DNA of 64,000 nucleotides from Octopus vulgaris (lineage: Eukaryota), in contig OX597833.1 in assembly GCA_951406725.2 (NCBI GenBank), positions 3,348,001 to 3,412,000 on the forward strand. The letters are read 5' to 3'. Made by a program: the position numbers and the translations under genes. Under the pieces are notes generated by a model, which made no database searches, was not told where the DNA came from, and saw only the letters and a program-made list of their open reading frames with translations. This document shows, in pieces, positions 54,819-64,000 of this stretch (positions within the stretch are counted from its first letter, which is position 1; every line of letters begins with the position of its first letter).

Positions 54819-55004
54819 GGAGAGTTTACGAAAAAAACAAAAGACGAAGGCAGGTGGAGTACAAACAAACAATTGTATTAGTATGGCGCTCAAGAACAGA
54901 AAGAGAACAAGTCTTTTACATTTCGAGCCTATGCTCTTCGACAGAAAGATACACAGAAAAAAAACAAGGAGAGAAAAAATGCGTGTAGGAGCTAACGATC
55001 TATA
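54817..55004 (-). mobile_element. Hammerhead-bearing short element, copy 4
   Basis: Reverse strand 54949-54912: TCTTT-CTGTCGA-A-GAGC-ATAG-GCTC-GAAAT-GTA-AAAGA; (TA)n flanks. Confidence 0.7.
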
Positions 55005-55039
55005 AATTTATACTTATAAATTTTATATATATATATATA

Positions 55040-55625
55040 TCATCATCATCATCATCATTATCGTTTAGCGTCCGTTTTCCTTGCTAGCATGGGTTGGGGC
55101 GTTTCAACTGGGGTCTGTGAAGCCAGAAGGCTTCATCAGGCCCAGTCAAATCTGGCAATGTTTCTACGGCTGGATGCCCTTCCTAACGCCAACCACTCCG
55201 TGAGTGTAGTGGGTGCTTTTTACGTGCCACCCGCACAGGTGCCAGACAGAGCTGGCAAACGGCCACGAACGGATGGTGCTATTTATGTGCCACCGGCACG
55301 AGGGCCAGGCGAGGCTGGCAACGGACACGAAATGGGGCGGTGCTGGCAACGGTCGCGAAACGGAAGGTTCTCTTACATGCCACCGGCACTGGTAACACAT
55401 CTGCAATTTCCATTGATCGATTTCCATTGATTGATTTCGATTCTGATCCTCACTTGCCTCAACGGGTCTTCACAAGTAGAGTTTCGACATGCTACCGGCA
55501 CTGGTAACACATCTGCAATTTCCATTGATTGATTTCGATTCTGATCCTCACTTGCCTCAACAGGTCTTCACAAGTAGAGTTTTGTGTCCCAAGAAGGGAA
55601 GGCATGCATACGTAGGCTGGCTCCA
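55040..55625 (-). mobile_element. RTE-LINE 3' UTR with an internal ~110-bp duplication
   Basis: Homologous to 16400-16860; duplicated block at 55377-55485 and 55488-55582. Shorter tails at about 510-610, 4268-4340, 11570-11705, 19105-19335, 25905-26130, 29510-29730, 34100-34272, 39865-40015, 40155-40370, 44095-44243, 47060-47190, 51820-51930. Confidence 0.85.
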
Positions 55626-55627
55626 TC

Positions 55628-55658
<31 letters not shown>

Positions 55659-55795
55659 CGTTTATCAAATTGTTTTGCAAGATTCCAGATATATAGTCAA
55701 TTCAAGGATGTCATATCCTCATTAGTGATTAATGAATCCAAAATTTCAACGGTTTTATCTCCATCTCATTAGAAGAAAATCACCATGGTGTGTTA

Positions 55796-56135
55796 CTGAG
55801 ACCCCCTTTGGTCATGACTGACCATGGGATTGCACCTAGAAAGTTACCCTCTGAGGCACAAGTCCGGGCAAGGTTGTTTATGAAAGACCAGCAGTTGCCC
55901 ATGCACACTGGCCTCCCCTCTCCATGCCACTGATGTTATCCAAGGGAAAGGCAAAGGGGTCGATACAGCTTGGCACCAGTGATGCCACAACTCATTTCTA
56001 CAGCTGAGTTAACTGGAGCAACGTGAAATAAAGTGTCTTGCTCAAGAACACAACGCACAGCCTAGTCTGGGATTCGAACTCACAACCTCACAATCATAAG
56101 CTCGACATTCTAACTACTAAGCCATGCACCTTCAC
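55796..56135 (-). mobile_element. SINE-C, full length with TSD
   Basis: TSD atggtgtgtta at 55785-55795 and 56137-56147. Confidence 0.9.
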
Positions 56136-56205
56136 TATGGTGTGTTATGGATTATTATAATAGGAAAAATTAATATGGTAAGGAAATGGAGAGTTGAGAA
56201 TGTAC

Positions 56206-56377
56206 AGGCGCAGGAGTGGCTGTGTGGTAAGTAGCTTGCTAACCAACCACATGGTTCCGGGTTCAGTCCCACTGCGTGGCATCTTGGGCAAGTGTCTTCT
56301 GCTATAGCCCCGGGCCAACCAATGCCTTGTGAGTGGATTTGGTAGACGGAAACTGAAAGAAGCCTGTCGTATATATG

Positions 56378-56412
<35 letters not shown>

Positions 56413-56613
56413 CTGTGTTTGTCCCTCTAGCATTGCTTGACAACCGATGCTGGTGTGTTTACGTCCCCGTCACTTAGCGGTTTGGCAAGAGAGACCGATA
56501 GAATAAGTACTGGGCTTACAAAGAATAAGTCCTGGTGTCGATTTGCTCGACTAAAGGCGGTGCTCCAGCATGGCCGCAGTCAAATGACCTGAAACAAGTA
56601 AAAGAGTAAAGAG
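56206..56613 (+). mobile_element. SINE-A, full length (young subfamily)
   Basis: Complete match; tail gtaaaagagtaaagag. Confidence 0.9.
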
Positions 56614-57153
56614 TTAATTTATTTGTATCATAGTTTGTTGTTAAGATTTAAATAGAAATAAATTTTCAAAAAAGCATAAAAGAAAACTCAAAAAACCTAC
56701 ATATGTTTCAATTCTGACCCCTTAGAAATGCATAATTCAAAGCATTTGGGTTAAATCCCACAAAACATTTTCTTGTTTCTTTTTTTTTCTTTTTCTTTTT
56801 CTCTTTTTTTTTTTTTATAAAAAGCTGAAAATCTTGTAAAAAGGTGCACTGGCTGAATACAGCAATAAGGTGAAATTTGAAGTCCCAATCAACTCTAATC
56901 TGATGAATAAACTTAATTTTACTAATTATGTAGAGACCCCCCTGCTATCAGTGAATGCTTGTCGTTATCTATAATTTTTATTGATTTACAACACTAAAAA
57001 TTACATTTACATAAAAATATTTAAATAGATAAGAAGTTGGAAAATATGTTTGTTTCCATGGAAATGTATTCAATATTGACTTAATGTATTTTGTTGGTTT
57101 AATTCCATCCATCTGTCGACCTCACTTCCTCTCTCATTCTGTCTCTCTCTTTG

Positions 57154-57188
<35 letters not shown>

Positions 57189-57314
57189 ATAGATAGATAG
57201 ACAGAGAGAGAGAGAAAGAGAGAGAGACAAACAGACAGACAGGCATATAGATATATCTATTGATATATATATGTACAATCACACACACACACACACGCAC
57301 GTTTATATGTATAT

Positions 57315-58260
57315 AGGGTTATCCCATAAATAATGCGGTTTTTTATACTTATTTTATTTTTCAAGGCACATGGCTCAGTGGTTAGAGCATCGAGCGTACG
57401 ATCGCGAGGTTGTTAGTTCGATTCCCGGACCGGGCTGCATGTTGTGTTCTTGAGCAAGACACTTTATTTCATTCACGTTGCTCCAGTTAACTCAACTGTA
57501 GAAATGATTTGCGACATTACTGGTGCCAAGCTGTATCGGCCCCTTTGCCTTTCCCTTGGATAACATCAGTGGTATGGAGAGGAGGGGGCTAGTATGTACG
57601 GGTGATTGCTGATCTTCCATAAACAACTTTACCTGGACTTGTACCTCGGAGGGTACCTTTCTAGGTGCAATCCCATGGTCATTCATGACCAAAGGGGGTC
57701 TCCTCCTCCTTATTTTTCAAAATTAAGATAAACAAAGTTCTTTTTTTAATCTAGTTTATACTCTGCTTTTTGAATTCTAACTGAAAATAATGGACTCAAG
57801 CCTCATCTTCTGTGACTATTCTTTCTTAAAGAATGGTCAGATAAAAGAATGGTCAAGTAAGTATCGATAGTTCTCCACATGACTGCACTTATGCGCTTCG
57901 GTAAGCTCTCTTGGCACCCATCTCACAGATTTTATGGTATCACAGCTTCTGGTTTCGTACACAGAACTATGACTAATTTGTAGTGAACAAGCTACCTTAT
58001 CAATGATCACCAGTTCACCAGAACGGTCTCTCGAGCTTGTCGAATCTTCATGCTACTAATGGAAGTTGATGGGAATCCTGTTCCCTCTTTGTGCTTCACA
58101 TTTTTCCAGCCATTTTTAAACTCCTTGATCCATTTGTATGCATTTCAACATGGCAGAGTGCTATCTTGGTATTGTACTGAAAACCTACGATAAGTTTCAG
58201 CCCTTAATGCACCTTCAGACAAGAGGAATCAGATCATTGATTTGTGCTCTTCCGTGGTGC
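57315..58260 (-). mobile_element. Mariner relic split by SINE-C
   Basis: TIR-like tagggttatcccataaaataatgcggttttt (Hsmar1/MADE-like); reverse-strand RIVTEDE remnant at about 57800-57830; far end uncertain. Confidence 0.55.
57365..57709 (+). mobile_element. SINE-C, full length, inserted in a mariner relic
   Basis: TSD ttatttttcaa at 57354-57364 and 57710-57720. Confidence 0.9.
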
Positions 58261-58408
58261 ACAATGCCAGCTGAGCAGCCATGTTTTCTCTATAACACAA
58301 GAAAGAAAACTGGAATGGTCATAACCAAATCTCGGCCATGGAAATACAAGAGTACCAATCTTTAGCATGCAAGTGTTGAAGGGAGTGCAGCCAACATAAG
58401 GAAGGTTT

Positions 58409-58750
58409 TGGTGAAAGAAGTTTGCTTACCAACCACATGGTTCTGGTTTCAGTCCCACTGCATGGCACCTTGGGCAGGTGTCTTCTACTATAGCCTCGGG
58501 CCGACCAATGCCTTGTGAGTGGATTTGGTAGACGGAAACAGAAAGAAGCCCATTATGTGTGTGTGTGTGTGTGTGTGTGTTTGTATGTGTGTAAATACAA
58601 TGAACTTCTTTCAGATCCCACCTACCAAATCTATCACCAAGGTTTTGTTCAGCCAAGGCAGTAGTAGAAGACACTTACCCAAGATGCACCCAGTAGATTG
58701 AACCTGGAACCATGTGATTACAAATCAAGATTCTTACCACACAGCCACAT
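58409..58750. mobile_element. Inverted pair of SINE-A 5' halves around a (TG)n spacer
   Basis: + copy 58409-58553 and - copy 58600-58750. Confidence 0.8.
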
Positions 58751-58856
58751 CCTTTGCATGAAATGTTAGTTGGATTTGATAGATAGGTGTGTGTGTATGT
58801 ATGCCTGCATGTACACATATTTATGTATGTATATACATATAAACATGTATATACAT

Positions 58857-58887
<31 letters not shown>

Positions 58888-59791
58888 GATATAGATAGAT
58901 AGATAGGTGGACTGGTTGGATGGATGGATGGATGGATGGATGGATGATAGATGGATGATAGATGGATGGATGGATGGATGGATAGATAGATAGATGGATA
59001 GATAGAGGATGATGTAGATAGATATAGATAGATAGATAGATAGATAGATAGGTAGATAGATAAATAGATAGATAGATAGATAGATAGATAGAAAGATAGA
59101 TAGATGGATGGATAGGTAGGTACATACAATCATGCATACATATACAATGTATGGACACATTACATACTGGATAGGCAGACACAGTGTGTAAGATGTAAGT
59201 GAAGACAGAATGTGTCGATGTGTTTTGGAAAGATAGACACTTATTAGCTGTATAAATACAAGCCAACCAAACAGCACGAAATACATACAACGACAAGCCA
59301 CTATTGGCAGTTTTTGCAAGCAGCAAATCTGAAATCATTCATGTCACTTATATTAGGAGAAGATCTACATTCGTCGGCCATCTTTGTATTGCAGTGATTC
59401 AGCAATATGAAGTGGATGGAAAAAGCGAATGGAAAAGAAAGGAATTGTGTGTTTGTCATTGGGAAGATTGGAAAATAAATGGAGAAATAGATAGATAAAA
59501 TGACTGAGAATAATGAATTTAATGATGATATGTGTAAAAGAAAAAGATGCTGGGTGATTATTTATATGAAGTTGAATAAATGAATAAAATGTGTAGATGA
59601 TGGCCGGATAGATAGAAATGATGTGCTATGGACTGGATATACACTTGCATATATACATACATACAAACATACATACATATATACATACATACATACTACA
59701 TACATACATACATACATACATAGATACATGCATACATACTACATGCATGCATACATGCATAAATACATATATACATACATACATACAAACA

Positions 59792-59825
<34 letters not shown>

Positions 59826-59882
59826 CATACATACATACATACATACATACATACATACATACATACATACATACATACATAG

Positions 59883-59913
<31 letters not shown>

Positions 59914-61032
59914 CATACATACATACATACATACATATAGGCAGATAGAGTTATAAATATACATATATATATATATACACAAACACACACATGCATATAT
60001 ACACATATATATATTTTATACATATAAACTAATATACGGATATAGATCCACACACACCCAGCCATTAATCTATTCAGACAATTATGAATGTGTTTAGATG
60101 CAGAGAGAGAGTAAGAGAAGATATAGCTATATGTATACATGTGTATGTATGTGTATATATATATATATATATAATAGAGAGTGAGAGAGAGAGAGAGAGA
60201 GTACAGATAAATATAAATGTACTTGTATATATATATATATATATATATATACATACATACATACATATACATACAGATATATATTCATATATATTGAATT
60301 ATAATCATTAGTTACTGTTTGACATGAATGTATTATTAGAAGGCCAAATACTGCAGTTTTTGCCTTGAGAGATTGTCTCATACAGTCGCACAGTGCTGAG
60401 AGCACAGACATTAGCAGATGAGAACCATCTGGCATAGGCCTAGGAACTGCCAGATCACATAATTTCAGTGTACTGTGCTTCATCAGCCACAGGTGTTTGA
60501 TCACTGCATTCCAGACTAATCTTACTATAAACACTATATAGAATAACAATGACTTTTCAGGCAATGATGTCCCAAATAGCTAGCAGGCTTATTTAGATAT
60601 AAATATTAGCAATGGAAATATTAGTAATATCAAAAAGCAATCTTTATATCATACTCAATGTGGATGTATTATTGGAATGCCATATACTGTGGTAATAGCC
60701 TTAGCATTTTTGTGACACCAGTGACTGGAAAAGTCAGTTATTCTATTTACCATTGACAGTAAGATTTAGCAGGTATTGGGCAAACGGACACCTATCACTG
60801 AGGAAATGCAGAAGGCTGAAATCATGAGATCTGGTTGTGTCCTGTTTCCTCCTGCTAATGATATATCTCTGTACTCTTAACAATAAGAGAGAGAATCTCT
60901 CAGGGTGAATACCACAGCATTTAAGTATTTAATTCTAATTATATATCACCATCCAGCATGAAATGACCAGAAGAAAGAGGTTGAGTGAAAGGGAGATAAT
61001 AATAGTGACCTGGCTGAACTAGAGGGCGCATA

Positions 61033-61423
61033 TCTTTATATATAAAAGTGAAGTTGTGTGTCTGTCTCCTACGATTTAGATTCCTAACTACTCCCACATT
61101 TTGCGGTGCAGTGTAACCAAAACCGGGTATCTTATAGTCGTGATTCATATCGAGCCCTTCTGGGTATTAGTGCGCATCTACGATGAGTCTACGATTTTAA
61201 AAATAATTTATCATCATTTTTTTCCATTTTGATGCATTTTTCGCTATTATATAAGGGAAGTAACTCTCTAAAAATGTCTACGATGAGTCAACAATTTTTT
61301 AAAAAATTACCATAATTTTTTATTCCATTTTTAATGCATTTTTTGCTATTTTTTGGCTATAACTCTCTAAAAATGCTTATATAGTTATTTTCTTACAAAC
61401 CCGAGCAACGCCGGGTGATACTG
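61033..61423 (+). mobile_element. Non-autonomous Helitron, related ends and different interior
   Basis: 5' TCTTTATATATAAAAGTGAAGTTGT; 3' acaaacccgagcaacgccgggtgatactg; internal ~100-bp tandem duplication (tctacgatgagtc). Confidence 0.7.
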
Positions 61424-61596
61424 TATTATATATATATATATAAATATAAGTTATAATATTTTCACAATATTATAATATTTTGAAATATTATAATATGTTA
61501 TAAAATATTATAATAATCCCTCGTAGCACTAGGCCACTTGGTGTGGAATAAATATACTATTAAATTAGTATCTAATTCTCTCACCCTTATTAATTA

Positions 61597-61648
<52 letters not shown>

Positions 61649-61650
<2 letters not shown>

Positions 61651-61780
61651 AATTTCCCCTTCCATATTTTTAAGAGGTCATGGACCTACAGGTTTTGGAG
61701 ATCTGATGATACACTATAAAGCTAAACTATTTATGGATGGGAAACCTTAGGTAATCCCATAAACCGGCCTTCCCCATTTT
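61649..61780 (+). mobile_element. Second dispersed repeat family with a hammerhead-like fold
   Basis: GAT-CTGATGA(61703-61709)-long imperfect stem II-GAAAC-C-TTA-G-GTA-ATC; homologous to 34752-34880 in reverse orientation; follows (TA)n. Confidence 0.5.
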
Positions 61781-61871
61781 TAATATATTACTGCTATACA
61801 TCTTAGAGTGTGCTTCTTCTTTCGGGTTTATGTTTTCTACAAACAATCCTATATATATATATATTTATATA

Positions 61872-62027
61872 TTTTCTCTCCTTGTTTCTTTCTGTGTTCC
61901 TTCCTGTGGAAGAGCGTAGGCTCGAAACGTTAAAGACTTTTTCACTTCCCAAGCGTTAAACTTATACATCTGTTTGTTGTCTATACCATCTGTCTTTCTC
62001 TTTTGTTTTTTTTGTGAAATCTCCCCC
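61872..62027 (+). mobile_element. Hammerhead-bearing short element, copy 5 (5'-truncated)
   Basis: 61900-61935: CTTC-CTGTGGA-A-GAGC-GTAG-GCTC-GAAAC-GTT-AAAG; (TA)n flanks. Confidence 0.7.
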
Positions 62028-62762
62028 TATATATACACATATATATATACATATAATATATGTGTGTGTGTGTGTGTGTGTATAACTATATATATATGCA
62101 CATATATATGTATATAGGTATATGTATACATATATATGCATATATATACATATACACACGCACATATATATATACATATATATGTATATATACAAATATA
62201 TATATAAATATATACGCACACACATACACATACATGCATATATACATACACACACATACATATACAGTACATATGTACACACACACACACACATACATAT
62301 TTATATGTGTGTGAATGAAGAGAGGGATAGATTTGTGTATACGTGTACACATGCATGTGCACCCATGTGTGTTGAACGCGTATATACCCGGTAAATACTA
62401 CATACTTTCTTGGTAAATAACAGTGTATAGATTTTTTTGCCTATCGTCTGCATAGACAATGAATGACCAGTGTGTATATATTCACTGGATAGATCCGCAT
62501 AATGTGTAAATAGAAGAGGGACGGAGATACACAGTATGTATGTCTAAAATTCTTTCTGATTTTCTGAGAAAGGAAAAATGGTAATTGTTATAAGTTGATG
62601 TATTCTGGTTCTGATATATTCCACTGCAGAATTGTCCTGCAGGACAATGGGATGGCTAATGTAAGCATTGGTTTTGCAAAAGTCAAAGGTTAAGTGTGTA
62701 ATAGTTAAGCTAGTGGGCGTGAGTTCAAATCCTCGGTCACTCAAGACACATATATACATATA

Positions 62763-62794
<32 letters not shown>

Positions 62795-62810
62795 CATATA
62801 TACATATATA

Positions 62811-62892
<82 letters not shown>

Positions 62893-63068
62893 GTATATAC
62901 TCTGGCTGGAGCACAGGGAAATAGTGGCATCGTATATATAGCAGAGTATCTAAAACAACTATTGCTCAATGTCTGGACAAAGAAACACACACATACATAC
63001 AAACAAGCATATAACCACATATTTATATACACATTATATATCTATAGCTATATCTATCTATCTATCTA

Positions 63069-63165
<97 letters not shown>

Positions 63166-63274
63166 CACACACATATAGATATTAATATATATATTTTCAT
63201 GCATAGTGTGTAGATAAAAATAGACAGAAAGATAAATAGATAGATAGATTGAAACATATATATATATATCAATC

Positions 63275-63331
<57 letters not shown>

Positions 63332-63625
63332 ACACATAATAACAAGTATATATTTGGCAGCATTTCAGTCCACAAGTCCAACTTCATTTCTGCAAATATA
63401 CACTTAGAAGCCATACATCCAGCTGCCATCTTTATTTACAATGGTTTGGTCGGTAAAGAAAAGGGGGGGGGGAAACATAGCGGAAAAAGGATTGGTATGT
63501 TTATTCATGAAGGGGAAAAACTGGAAAGTAAATGAAGAAAATAAAAGACATTATTTCGTAGGATGGTGGGGAGAATGATAATGATGGTAAAAAAAACAAA
63601 GAATGTGAGTTTGTTGTTATAGGGA

Positions 63626-63945
63626 TTGGCTGTGAGGTTAAGAAGCCTCGTTCTGAACCCCAGGGTTCCGGGTTCAGTGATGCAATGTGGCACCTTATGT
63701 TGGCGCCGCCTACTATATACTAGAGTTCTGGGCTCACGAAAGCCTTGGGAGGGAATCTGGGGAGAGACAGACTCTAAAGAAGCTTATTGTGGCTGTGTGG
63801 TAAGGAGCTTGTTTCCTGATCACATGGTTCCGGGTTCAGTCCCACTGCATGGCACTTTGGGAAAGAGTCTTCTACAATAGCTTCGGGTTGAGCAAAGCCT
63901 TGTGAGTGGATTTGGTAGATGGAAACTGAAAGAAGCCCATCATAT
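63626..63945 (+). mobile_element. Two tandem SINE-A 5' halves
   Basis: Diverged head at 63626, better head at 63788. Other partial A copies at about 26400-26550(-), 34980-35126(-), 52060-52210(+), 52658-52860(+), 54298-54445(+). Confidence 0.8.
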
Positions 63946-64000
63946 ATATATATATATGTATGTATGTATGTATGTTTATATATATATATATATGCTTATA

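Noticed and set aside
56895-56915. Other CTGATGA words (about 7190, 31260, 56900)
   Set aside because: No properly placed stem II, GAAA and GUH, so not hammerheads.
60127-60900. Unique region and 145-aa reverse ORF as a possible exon
   Set aside because: No SLC17 continuation after the phase-1 acceptors tested, no recognisable domain, and the ORF ends in microsatellite.
62627-62695. Possible exon 2 (ctgcag...aag|gttaag) and palindrome ttgtcctgcaggacaa
   Set aside because: Stop codons in the required phase; a single short palindrome is not informative.

Overview
Eukaryotic, AT-rich, repeat-saturated genomic DNA. It is most likely octopus (coleoid cephalopod), inferred from the SINE and RTE families and the microsatellite load. 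Nearly all ORFs in the supplied track are microsatellite or SINE artefacts. The only supportable host-gene feature is one + strand exon (acceptor 33248 or 33303, ATG 33320, donor 33495) encoding the N-terminus and start of TM1 of an SLC17-family (sialin/VGLUT-like) MFS transporter. No further coding exon was found, so the rest reads as very long intron or flank. The flanks hold several tRNA-derived SINE families (working names A, B, C, D), many RTE-LINE 3' ends, an R4/Dong-like LINE fragment, three Tc1/mariner relics, piggyBac-like, hAT-like and foldback MITEs, and three non-autonomous Helitrons. The most interesting signal is a ~160-210 bp element present five times and always embedded in (TA)n. 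It carries a minimal type-I hammerhead-ribozyme-like fold with a non-canonical core (CUGUNGA or CCGACGA), a zero-loop palindromic stem III that could only form as a dimer, and stem-I covariation. A second, unrelated two-copy family also has a hammerhead-like fold. All coordinates were read by eye and may be off by a few bases; no searches were run.
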